Below are positions 26,692 through 35,046 of a DNA stretch of 39,885 bases, one piece after another. Below the pieces are notes generated by a model. The model saw only the letters and a list, made by a program, of their open reading frames with translations. It was not told the origin of the DNA and ran no database searches. Numbering within the stretch: position 1 is the first letter of the stretch; every line of letters begins with the position of its first letter. Made by a program: the position numbers and the translations under genes. The stretch covers positions 1-39,885 of the forward strand of contig JAKLQT010000223.1 in assembly GCA_022013205.1 (NCBI GenBank), in the 5' to 3' direction. The DNA comes from Candidatus Omnitrophota bacterium (lineage in GTDB: Bacteria; Omnitrophota; Gorgyraeia; B26-G9).

Positions 26692-28158
26692 TTACGGCCC
26701 GCCCAAATATATTTTTCCCAGTTTATCTTTATCCGTAATAAGCTCCAAAAACTTAACCGGCGAATCTATTTCTCCATTACTATTTATATCTTCTCCGGCA
26801 TCAAGGGCACCATTAAAATTCGTATCCTCACCGATAATTCGGCCGCTCTTATCCTGCCAGCAAAAACTAATTACTGCCTCTAAGAGCCGATTATAACCCG
26901 CGCAGGACCAAACATCGTTGCTTATACCCACCCCATCAATATTCCCTCCCATTACCCACAATATATTATTATAAACTAAAGCGAGAAAACTTTGTCTTGG
27001 CCCCCAGGAAGCAGCAGCTGCTGCTTCAGTCCAATATACTCCATCAGTAGAATACCATACATCATCCTTAAACGGGCCAGAACTTGTTCCTCCGATCACC
27101 CACATTTTATTATCATAAACCACTGCTTCATGACTCATTCTTTGATCCCACCCGGCACTTGCCGTTGCCTGCGTCCAGGTTATGCCGTCAGAAGAATACC
27201 AAACGTCATTTGTTCCGCCAAAAAAATTACCTCCAAGATGCCACATCTTATTATTATAAACCAAAGAAGCATGTAAATTTCTTTGTCCCCAGGCAGCTGC
27301 TGCTGTCGCTTGAGTCCATGTAATTCCATCCGAAGAATACCACACATCACTAAAGATTCCCGCGGAATTGCCTCCCAACACCCACATTTTATCATCATAG
27401 GCCAAAGCGGTATGAGCGCTTCTTGCCGGCCAGGCCGCCGCTGCTGTTGCCATTACCCAGTTTACCCCATCCGTAGAATACCAGACATCATTTAAAAAAA
27501 TAGAGGCAGCATTTACCCCCCCCATCACCCACATCTTATTGTCATAAACTAAGCAGGTAAACCCTGCTCTTTTCTGCCAATTCGCTGAAGGTGTTGCTTG
27601 CAGCCAGGTTATACCGTCAGAGGAATACCACACATCTCCCTTTACCGTAGGGATAGGCCCTGAACTGCCTCCCATTATCCACATCTTATTATCGTAAACC
27701 ACACCCCCGAAATTAATTCTTTCTACCCAGGACGGATCAGCAATAACCAAATTTTCCCCGCCTCCATAAAGTGCGGGCCTATCAATTAATTCTATATTTC
27801 CCTTGCCGGTTAAGCCTGTAATATCAAAGGTATTTCCCGGGGTTCCGCCAGAGACATAATCAACCATTATTTTGTCAAAATCATGCGCTTTAATCTGTTC
27901 TAATATGTTTTTTACCTCGTTAGCGGCAAGATGAGTATCCCGGCTTTGCTCGCTCAAATTAAGCGTTTTATTAAAAGTGCTTAAAAAAGCGGCTAAAACA
28001 GATATTAATATCGCGCTGGATACCAAAAGTTCAATAAGGGTGAAACCTCTCCTTATTTTTATAACCTGATACGCGCGGATATCTGAAATAATTTGAAACT
28101 TGTTAAAATTTGTTAAAATTTGTTGTTTGAAATTCGATGAAAATTTATTGAGATTCAT
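26692..28158 (-). CDS. Pseudopilin fused to a six-blade Kelch-like beta-propeller and two EF-hand-like loops
   Basis: I use the ATG at 28158; the track start at 28212 is TTG. The leader MNLNKFSSNFKQQILTNFNKFQIISDIRAYQVIKIRRG is followed by FTLIELLVSSAIL. Six repeats follow of the form YDNKMW.(M/L)GG....DVWYS.DG..W...a..A.W..R, then DTNFNGALD and DINSNGEID. Confidence 0.8.
   Translation of the reverse strand: MNLNKFSSNFKQQILTNFNKFQIISDIRAYQVIKIRRGFTLIELLVSSAILISVLAAFLSTFNKTLNLSEQSRDTHLAANEVKNILEQIKAHDFDKIMVDYVSGGTPGNTFDITGLTGKGNIELIDRPALYGGGENLVIADPSWVERINFGGVVYDNKMWIMGGSSGPIPTVKGDVWYSSDGITWLQATPSANWQKRAGFTCLVYDNKMWVMGGVNAASIFLNDVWYSTDGVNWVMATAAAAWPARSAHTALAYDDKMWVLGGNSAGIFSDVWYSSDGITWTQATAAAAWGQRNLHASLVYNNKMWHLGGNFFGGTNDVWYSSDGITWTQATASAGWDQRMSHEAVVYDNKMWVIGGTSSGPFKDDVWYSTDGVYWTEAAAAASWGPRQSFLALVYNNILWVMGGNIDGVGISNDVWSCAGYNRLLEAVISFCWQDKSGRIIGEDTNFNGALDAGEDINSNGEIDSPVKFLELITDKDKLGKIYLGGP
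26902..27720. repeat. Six tandem about 145-bp coding repeats (Kelch-like blades)
   Basis: Repeated DNA and peptide units are visible, e.g. gatgtgtggtattc... coding DVWYSSDGITW four or more times. This periodicity explains the antisense shadow ORFs at 26992-27495. Confidence 0.85.
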
Positions 28159-28187
28159 GAAATTTATTGTCCTTTGCGTTATAATCC

Positions 28188-28210
28188 TTTTTATTCTCAC
28201 ACAAAGCCGC
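28188..28210. repeat. Copy B of the 23-bp exact repeat, left arm of an imperfect inverted repeat spanning the pilC-pseudopilin spacer
   Basis: Identical to 11373-11395. In addition, attctcacacaaagcc (28193-28208) matches the reverse complement of gtctttgtgtgattat (28365-28380) at 13 of 16 positions. Confidence 0.75.
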
Positions 28211-28438
28211 AAAGATCACAGAGTTTTTATTCAACATCTTTGTTTACCCAGATAGAGAACGGTTACCTGAGACAACCGTCAAAGTCTTAAGATGAATTAT
28301 CTCTAATGAGGTTTATAATGCTTAAATCCTGCCTTTTGTTTTCTGCCCTTCTTTGTGCCTTGGTGTCTTTGTGTGATTATTTTATTTATTTTTCTATTTC
28401 AACCAATTTCCATAAATTTCAATGCGTTTCTAATATTA

Positions 28439-29638
28439 TCAGCCTCCTATAATTTCTGTCATCTTCAATATCGGCAAAAACATGGCCACAACGATTCCTC
28501 CGACAACTAAGCCGAGGAAAATTATAATAAACGGCTCGATTAAAGACATCATATTATTCACCGTCGCGTCTACCTGGTCTTCATAAAAAAAACCTATTTT
28601 AGTAAGCATAAGTTCCAATTCCCCGCTTTCCTCTCCTACCCCGATCATTTCCACAACCATTTGAGTGAAAACACCTTCTTTACTTAATTGCAAAGCGATT
28701 CTTTCTCCTTTGCTTACTTGATCTCTTACCCTAATAATTGCCGCCTCAATAACGCTATTGTCAACCGTAGAGGACACTATATCCAACGCGTTTAATATAG
28801 GTATGCCGCTTTTTAAAAGAGTCGCTAAGGTCTGGCTAAAACGCGCGATGATTAATTTTTGAAAAAGAGCTCCAAATACCGGCAATTTTAATTTAAAAGC
28901 ATCAAAATTTATTCTCCCCTTTGGAGTTCTAATATAATTACCGATTCCCGCCAAAGCAAGCCCTATCCCGATAATAACTACTAATACATATTTTCGCATT
29001 ACATTACTGAAATCGATCAAAAGCTGTGTAGGCAAGGGTAATCGCGTGTTTAAGGAATTAAAAATTTCCTCAAACCCGGGAATAACTTTAAAAATCAGAA
29101 ACGACACAATTATTACAGCTACGATAATAATTGCCGCCGGATAAACTAATGCTGATTTTACACGATTGACAATCTTATTATTCTTTTCTATATAACTCGC
29201 CAGGCGCTCAAGGATTTCATTCAAAGCGCCGCTTGTTTCCCCGGCGTTGACCATACGCGTATACAGCGAAGCAAAAACACGCGGATAATTCCCCAGGGCG
29301 TCTGAAAGGCTGCTGCCTGATTCGATCAAATTACGAATATCAACAGATATTTCACGCATTTCCCCGTTTTTAAACTGTCCGGATAAAATAGTCAACCCTT
29401 TTGTTAAAGGAATACCCGCTCCTACCAAAGTAGAAAGCTGGCGGAAAAACAAAGCTAGTTGCTCTTCATTAACTTTTTTAGCTTTAACCCCTCGCTTTGA
29501 GTCCCCTTTACCAACAGAGAGAACCACCAGATTTTGCTGCCGTAGAATAACCATCGCTTCCTGAGCGTCCTTGGCAATAATGCTTCCGGTTTTGCCCTTT
29601 CCTGATACTTCTTTAGCTTTATAACTAAATGTAGGCAT
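28439..29638 (-). CDS. pilC: Type IV pilus / T2SS inner-membrane platform protein PilC/GspF
   Basis: 399 aa with the duplicated GspF domain architecture and three TM segments (motifs LSTLVGAGIPL / LATLLKSGIPIL). Confidence 0.9.
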   Translation of the reverse strand: MPTFSYKAKEVSGKGKTGSIIAKDAQEAMVILRQQNLVVLSVGKGDSKRGVKAKKVNEEQLALFFRQLSTLVGAGIPLTKGLTILSGQFKNGEMREISVDIRNLIESGSSLSDALGNYPRVFASLYTRMVNAGETSGALNEILERLASYIEKNNKIVNRVKSALVYPAAIIIVAVIIVSFLIFKVIPGFEEIFNSLNTRLPLPTQLLIDFSNVMRKYVLVVIIGIGLALAGIGNYIRTPKGRINFDAFKLKLPVFGALFQKLIIARFSQTLATLLKSGIPILNALDIVSSTVDNSVIEAAIIRVRDQVSKGERIALQLSKEGVFTQMVVEMIGVGEESGELELMLTKIGFFYEDQVDATVNNMMSLIEPFIIIFLGLVVGGIVVAMFLPILKMTEIIGG

Positions 29639-29639
29639 T

Positions 29640-31460
29640 TTAGTTGTCCGCGTATCCTGTCTCTACCCAGGCTGTACCATTCCAAATTAACATTAAAATA
29701 TCGTTTTGATATAAATCTAAAGGATTAGTATGTAATCTTGTACTCGCATCCGTGCTCAGGCGAACCATAAAGGCTGTTGTGTTTTCAAGGATAAGAATAT
29801 CTCCCGCGGACTTGCCAGCAGCGATACCAGGACTGCCTAAACTAACATCTCCGAGAGGGGAAAGCCGGAGATAACTGGTCGGGCCATCAGGTGTTAAGGT
29901 ACTCCCATTTACCAGTCCCGTATAACCGCTTCCCGGCTCTAAGGTAATCCTGGTTTTGTCAGTATATTGGGTGTTAATGCCATTATCATAAACAGGCGCA
30001 GCATAAATAGAACCGCTAAAAGTCCCTGTTATCATATTGCCGTTTAGGTAGTTATCAGAACCGCTCCATAACCTGATTCCATTTTCAACAGCAGCTAAGG
30101 AATTCATAATGCGATTACTGGTAATAATATTTTTACTGCCAGTGATATATATATTGGATCTCTCCCCGCCGCTGCCGTTATTGTCAAAAATAATATTCCC
30201 AGCTATAACATTGGCATTACTGTCAGACAGTCTAATCCCCTTATAAGTATTATTTGCGATAGTGTTTCCTGAAATTAAATTATACCCATAAAGAAGTATT
30301 GTTTCACTGCAAAAAGTTTCATCTATCCAGCATCCTCTTTCTAACCCAATACCATTTCCGATATTTGAACTAATATAATTATTACAAACAACGTTAAAAA
30401 CGCTATAGTATAAGTTTATCCCATTCCCATTATTAGCCTGGATAATATTATTTAAAATAATATTATTCCTGGCTTGCTCGCCAGAACCATCTATATTAAT
30501 ACCGGTTCCCCCATTTTGAATAATATTATCCGAGATAGTGTTGTAATTAAAGCGAGCCGCGCAGCCCGCGGAGTTTGTTTTCGCATATATACCACCCTTA
30601 GAATTATCAGTTATAATATTGTTTGAAATAACCTGATAATATATATAATAATTTGAATAAGTATAAATGCCATAACCAGCATTATAACCTATATTGTTAT
30701 CGGTAATAATATTTCCATAACTGGGCCCGCTGCCGCTGTTAATAATAATACCGGTTCCGTTCATATCCTCAATCCACACATTATTAATCTTTGAATAATA
30801 AGCCGCATGCAGATGTATACCGTTATTATTTGTTCCTGTTTGACTGTTTCCATCAATCATAAGCTGCGAAATTAAAATCCCGTCTATTAAATACACATAA
30901 ATTGCGCTAACACTACTTGCTCCAGACGCAATCTTTAATACCGTTCCTTTTCCTGTTCCGATTATCGCCTTTCCAGAATCATCAGGCGCGGTACTATCCA
31001 GATTTATTGAAGCAGAGATATTATAGGTTCCTTCTAAAAGATACACTGCTCCTCCGTTTGTCCCTAAATCATCAATCGCGGCTTGAATCTCTACCTGGTC
31101 ATCTGTGCCGTCGCAGACATAGTCTGCCCTGGTTGTATCCACTGAATCTGACGCGGCAACGATTCTGGCTACTATCGCGGCATCATCGCCCCCTGCGCTT
31201 GAAAATTCCTGCCATGCTGTCCCATCATAATAATACGGTTTATCATCATTATCGTCATAATATACCTGCCCTTCCGCGGGAGATGACGGCGCTGGATCCT
31301 GCGGATTAAAAATCAATGTTTCACTTCGTACATCAGCCGGAACTTCAAGCCGGGCGAAAACCTGTCCACAGTCAAAAGTCAGAAGTCCATAGCTGACAGC
31401 TAATAGCCAAAAGAAAAGAGTTCTGAGTTTTGAGTGATGAGTTATAAGTTTTGAGTTCAT
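29640..31460 (-). CDS. Secreted right-handed parallel beta-helix protein, paralog P1 (pectate-lyase-3 / tailspike-like cap, conserved C-terminal domain)
   Basis: 606 aa with a Sec signal (LLAVSYGLLTFDCGQVFA), RADYVCDGTDDQVEIQAAIDDLGTNGGAVYLLEGTYNISASINLD, many NNII.DN-type rungs and a C-terminus ...LIWNGTAWVETGYADN. The stop is 1 nt from the pilC ATG. Confidence 0.8.
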   Translation of the reverse strand: MNSKLITHHSKLRTLFFWLLAVSYGLLTFDCGQVFARLEVPADVRSETLIFNPQDPAPSSPAEGQVYYDDNDDKPYYYDGTAWQEFSSAGGDDAAIVARIVAASDSVDTTRADYVCDGTDDQVEIQAAIDDLGTNGGAVYLLEGTYNISASINLDSTAPDDSGKAIIGTGKGTVLKIASGASSVSAIYVYLIDGILISQLMIDGNSQTGTNNNGIHLHAAYYSKINNVWIEDMNGTGIIINSGSGPSYGNIITDNNIGYNAGYGIYTYSNYYIYYQVISNNIITDNSKGGIYAKTNSAGCAARFNYNTISDNIIQNGGTGINIDGSGEQARNNIILNNIIQANNGNGINLYYSVFNVVCNNYISSNIGNGIGLERGCWIDETFCSETILLYGYNLISGNTIANNTYKGIRLSDSNANVIAGNIIFDNNGSGGERSNIYITGSKNIITSNRIMNSLAAVENGIRLWSGSDNYLNGNMITGTFSGSIYAAPVYDNGINTQYTDKTRITLEPGSGYTGLVNGSTLTPDGPTSYLRLSPLGDVSLGSPGIAAGKSAGDILILENTTAFMVRLSTDASTRLHTNPLDLYQNDILMLIWNGTAWVETGYADN

Positions 31461-31541
31461 TTTTTACGGTCTCTATCCTCTGGTTAAATTTCTATTACCA
31501 ATCCTGGCATTTTCCGTTTTTTTGTTTCTCTGCCTTTTTAG

Positions 31542-31601
31542 CTAGTTGTCAACATACTTCATCTCCAGCCACTTAGAGCCGTTCCGGATTAACTCCTTCG
31601 T
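31542..31601 (-). pseudogene. Relic 3' end of a fourth beta-helix paralog
   Basis: Between in-frame stops, the minus strand encodes TKELIRNGSKWLEMKYVDN-stop. This parallels the paralog C-termini (KLIWNGTRWLEMKWTDN-stop in P2), and the DNA aligns with 32261-32315. Confidence 0.6.
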
Positions 31602-31611
31602 CTAATTTGAT

Positions 31612-31956
31612 TTACTTGTAATCACTAATCCAGATTAACCGGCCTTTTACCTTTTCTAAAGAAGCGGCTGCTAAAAATTTAAGCAGCCGTCTTAAAAGTA
31701 AAGAAAAAGAAGTCTGGTTGCTTAATATTATTCCAAAATGCGCGCCCTTCAATTTTTTATGCAGCTTAGCAAAATCTTTTATATTATGAGTTAGAATCGC
31801 CCTCTTTTCTTTTATGGCCATCCTTAATTGCGCTTCATCAGATAAACCAAAGAGCCTTTTTTCAATACAACTCATTACATCATAACCCCTGATTCTTAAG
31901 ACTTCAGCTAATAAAGGCCTTATGTCTTCATCTAGATAAATTTTTACTTTTTCCAT
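31612..31956 (-). CDS. DUF5615-family (PIN-like) putative toxin
   Basis: 114 aa, starting MEKVKIYLDEDIRPLLAEVLRIRGYDV... It overlaps the upstream DUF433 gene by 13 nt, a typical TA arrangement. Confidence 0.65.
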   Translation of the reverse strand: MEKVKIYLDEDIRPLLAEVLRIRGYDVMSCIEKRLFGLSDEAQLRMAIKEKRAILTHNIKDFAKLHKKLKGAHFGIILSNQTSFSLLLRRLLKFLAAASLEKVKGRLIWISDYK

Positions 31957-32210
31957 ATTTCCTCTTTTTGTTTTTCAAGTAAAGCCTCGATTTCTTCTTT
32001 ATGGTCATAATAATAAGAAAGGGCATCGTAAATAGCTGCTAAAGAAAGTTGAGGAAACTCTTTAACCAATTCTTCCGGCAGCATTCCTTCTTTAATTATG
32101 TAAAATACGATTGACCTTGCCGGAAAACGTGTACCCTTAATAATCGGCTCTCCTCCTTGAATTTTAATATCATGGGTTATATAGCAATGATTCATAAAAG
32201 TCTTGGCCAT
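31944..32210 (-). CDS. DUF433-family putative antitoxin
   Basis: 88 aa. The segment IQGGEPIIKGTRFPARSIVFYIIKEGMLPEELVKEFPQLSLAAIYDALSYY matches the DUF433 pattern from memory. RBS is GGAGG. Confidence 0.7.
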   Translation of the reverse strand: MAKTFMNHCYITHDIKIQGGEPIIKGTRFPARSIVFYIIKEGMLPEELVKEFPQLSLAAIYDALSYYYDHKEEIEALLEKQKEEIWKK

Positions 32211-32260
32211 TTATTTTACCTCCATTTTTCTTAATCTCCACCAATTTCAATGAATTTCTA

Positions 32261-34054
32261 TTAATTATCCGTCCACTTCATCTCCAGCCATCTGGTTCCG
32301 TTCCAGATTAATTTCAGCATATCATTTTCCCCTAAGCAGCGGCTTGCGCCTAAGCTCACATTTGCGCCATCAGGAACAGTCACGGTATTGGTATTATCAG
32401 TCCCCTCCAAAATCAGGATATCACCGGCAGCCTTGCCATTAGCAATAGCTGTAACCGCGTTTAACGTTACCGCTGAAGCAGGGCTTAACGGTACATATCC
32501 CTTAGGATTTGTGCTTACATCTAAGGTGCTGCCCGCGGCAGGGATAACCGCTGTCTGCCGCTCTATAGTAATCTTTTCTTTCTGAGTGTATTTGGTATTG
32601 GTGCCGGAGTCGTTGATCCTTCTATCATAACCCGCGCCGATATTTCCCGCGCCGTCGATAAGGTTACCGATAAGATAGTTATTACCGCAGGTATTACTCC
32701 CTATATTTATCCCATAACCTGTTCCCGCGGAATCGAAGATTCTATTTGACGAGATAATATTATTATGCCCCCATAAGCTCCATACCCCGCTATAAATTCC
32801 ATCTTCGATGTTTTCGTAAATAATGTTCTGCGTAATTAAGTTAAAAGAACCGCTCATTAATATTCCCCGCCCACTATTAGAAACTACATTTTTAGAAATA
32901 ACACCACACTGAGTTCCACACAATACTCCGATACCGTTGGTATTATTAGAAACATTATTTCCAACCACAACACTATACCGGCAGTAACTAGCAAGATTAA
33001 TGCCAAAACTACTGTTAAAATTCACATTATTATCTATAATAATGTTGTTGTAATCATTTCCGCAGTAACCATCAAGGTTAATTCCGCTAGCTCCATTGGA
33101 ACAAATGCTGTTATTGGAAATTACATTATTTTTAAAACCTGCGCCGCCATAAGTATAAGTCTGTATCCCGCTGTAGCTATTATTACTTATAACATTCTGA
33201 GAGATAATATTGTTATCCACACTTGATCCGGTTACTCCTCCCCCGAATGTATTATAAATACCTCGCTTATTAAATTGGATATGATTATTAATAATTATAT
33301 TATATTTAGCACCTTGATTATATCCAATAGTAATACCAGTTCCACTCATATTTTCTATCCAAACACCAGCAATTTTTGAATAATCAGTTTTATTAAGCAG
33401 CAAACCTGTAACTTCACTCCCTAACTTAGAGTTTCCATCAATCATTAGGTTAGTAATTAAAATTTTATTCACATAATAAGTCTTAATAACACCCGTGGAA
33501 CCTATAGCCGCCGCTAATTTTAACACCGACCCTTTGCCTGTTCCAATTATTGATTTATTTGAATCATCTGGCGCAACATTATCCAGATTTATAGAGGCGC
33601 TTATATTAAAGGTTCCCTCCATTAGATACACTGCCCCGCCAACTGTCCCCAGATCATCAATCGCGGCTTGAATCTCTACCTGGTCATCCGTGCCGTCGCA
33701 GATATAGTCTGCTCTGGAAGTATCCAGGGAATTAGAAGCAGCAACAATCCTGCTCGCTGCTGTTTTCGGGCCGCTGCCTGCGCCAAATCCCTGCCAGGCG
33801 GTGCCGTCAAAATATTTCATGAGTTTTCCTGTAGAGTTATAAAACAGCTCTCCTTCTAAAGGCGCAGCCGGATAATCCGCCACGTCACCGGTAAAGGTTA
33901 TGGAATCCGCCTTTATATTTTCTTTTACAGTCAAATGGTCATCTGAGGCGAAAGCCGGCCCGCAGTTAACAGCTAATAGCCCATAGCTGATAGCCAATAG
34001 ACAAAAGAAAAAGATTCTGTGTATTGAATTCTGAGTTATAAGTTTTACGTTCAT
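32261..34054 (-). CDS. Secreted right-handed parallel beta-helix protein, paralog P2
   Basis: 597 aa with the same architecture as P1 and P3. Its ATG overlaps the TGA of the upstream nucleotidyltransferase gene (ATGA). Confidence 0.8.
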   Translation of the reverse strand: MNVKLITQNSIHRIFFFCLLAISYGLLAVNCGPAFASDDHLTVKENIKADSITFTGDVADYPAAPLEGELFYNSTGKLMKYFDGTAWQGFGAGSGPKTAASRIVAASNSLDTSRADYICDGTDDQVEIQAAIDDLGTVGGAVYLMEGTFNISASINLDNVAPDDSNKSIIGTGKGSVLKLAAAIGSTGVIKTYYVNKILITNLMIDGNSKLGSEVTGLLLNKTDYSKIAGVWIENMSGTGITIGYNQGAKYNIIINNHIQFNKRGIYNTFGGGVTGSSVDNNIISQNVISNNSYSGIQTYTYGGAGFKNNVISNNSICSNGASGINLDGYCGNDYNNIIIDNNVNFNSSFGINLASYCRYSVVVGNNVSNNTNGIGVLCGTQCGVISKNVVSNSGRGILMSGSFNLITQNIIYENIEDGIYSGVWSLWGHNNIISSNRIFDSAGTGYGINIGSNTCGNNYLIGNLIDGAGNIGAGYDRRINDSGTNTKYTQKEKITIERQTAVIPAAGSTLDVSTNPKGYVPLSPASAVTLNAVTAIANGKAAGDILILEGTDNTNTVTVPDGANVSLGASRCLGENDMLKLIWNGTRWLEMKWTDN

Positions 34055-34683
34055 TTTAGGTTATTACCCGCTATTCTTTTAATTTCGCTTTCAAAAAATC
34101 TCTTTACTTCTTCCCATTCGCAGGGCTTAAGCATCTTAGGCATCGGGTCTTTTTCTGCATCCTCAAAATAGACCAAACTTTTCATAATATGTACAGAGGT
34201 AGTGGCTAGGTTTTTATATTTTTTATCATAAAGCCGAATAGCCTCATCCAATGATATGCCCTCCTGACAAATAAAATAAAAATCAATAAAGTCTCTCTTA
34301 ACGCCTCTAGACGCAATCGCGGCAATTTTCATCGCCGCGATATCGCGGATATCTATAATATTAACCTTTCCAAATTTTTTTGTAGAGTAAAGAAGAGGAT
34401 ATTCGTAATAAAATATACTAAAGCGCACGCCTTCAAAGTTACCTAAAATTGTTCTCCAGGCAATTCTCTCTAATTTGAATTTAGAAATTTCTTTAAGCTT
34501 TGGGAGAAGGTTAGTTTCATTAAATTCATCGGTGGTAAAAAAATCTAAGTCATAAGATATGCGGTGCCCGAGTTGTAAGGCTAAGGCAGTTCCGCCTGCT
34601 AAATAGGCCTTTTGGATAATCTCGCTTCTCTCTAATAAGGCCAAAATTGCTTTTGTATTTCCTGGAAGGACATGTTTAAACAT
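34051..34683 (-). CDS. AbiEii/AbiGii-type nucleotidyltransferase toxin family protein (DUF1814-like)
   Basis: 210 aa with the YLAGGTALALQLGHRISYDLDFFT motif typical of this NTase family. Confidence 0.7.
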   Translation of the reverse strand: MFKHVLPGNTKAILALLERSEIIQKAYLAGGTALALQLGHRISYDLDFFTTDEFNETNLLPKLKEISKFKLERIAWRTILGNFEGVRFSIFYYEYPLLYSTKKFGKVNIIDIRDIAAMKIAAIASRGVKRDFIDFYFICQEGISLDEAIRLYDKKYKNLATTSVHIMKSLVYFEDAEKDPMPKMLKPCEWEEVKRFFESEIKRIAGNNLK

Positions 34684-34934
34684 TTTACCTCTTCTTTCTT
34701 ACAATTTAAAATAAGCGCCCAGAAATTAGCGCTCTTTCCAGACAATCCCCTGCTTTTTTGTAAAGCGTAAATAATTTGGGAGCGTGAGAAATTCCTCAAC
34801 ATCCAATTAATAGCCCGTTTATCGCCATATTCAAAAATACGTTCGATAGTATATCGGGGATAATTTTCATAATCCAATGCTTCAAAGTCTATATCCCAAA
34901 AATACTCCTTTAAAAATTTAGGCGGTTTTTTCAT
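34632..34934 (-). CDS. Small partner protein of the NTase (putative antitoxin; resembles the DUF6922-type family from memory)
   Basis: 100 aa, including FWDIDFEALDYENYPRYTIERIFEYGDKRAINWMLRNF...SGKSANFWALIL. It overlaps the NTase gene by 52 nt. Confidence 0.55.
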   Translation of the reverse strand: MKKPPKFLKEYFWDIDFEALDYENYPRYTIERIFEYGDKRAINWMLRNFSRSQIIYALQKSRGLSGKSANFWALILNCKKEEVKCLNMSFQEIQKQFWPY

Positions 34935-35046
34935 TTTTTACAATCTCTATCCTCCGGTTAAATTCCTTTAACAGTCCTGTCATTTTTAGTTTTTTCGTCC
35001 CTTAAACCTTACTTTTGACTTGCTTGTGCCCTTAAGGGTATTACTT

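Noticed and set aside
27180-27398. 72-aa minus-strand ORF inside the Kelch pseudopilin
   Set aside because: It is an alternative frame of the repetitive blade-coding DNA, and the main frame gives a coherent repeat protein.
3610-27495. Numerous 60-190 aa + strand ORFs (e.g. 3610..3975, 5142..5489, 8384..8665, 10965..11324, 13281..13742, 14774..15334, 15454..15957, 22140..22466, 26992..27276, 27283..27495)
   Set aside because: Each lies fully antisense inside a long, family-recognisable minus-strand gene. None has an RBS context or a recognisable motif, so they are shadow ORFs.
26902-27720. CRISPR-like periodicity
   Set aside because: The about 145-bp period is protein-coding (Kelch blades). 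The repeats are imperfect and there is no unique spacer structure. No CRISPR array was seen anywhere in the window.
28401-28438. Shared atttcaatg..tttcta..attatc motif downstream of pilC and downstream of P2 (32238-32268), possibly duplicated junctions resembling the pilC C-terminus
   Set aside because: There are only about 24 of 30 matching positions in AT-rich sequence. That is too short to separate from chance without a statistical search.
29455-29685. 76-aa minus-strand ORF across the P1/pilC junction
   Set aside because: It is out of frame over the pilC 5' end and the P1 stop. pilC has a proper ATG with conserved N-terminal sequence, so no room or evidence exists for a third gene.
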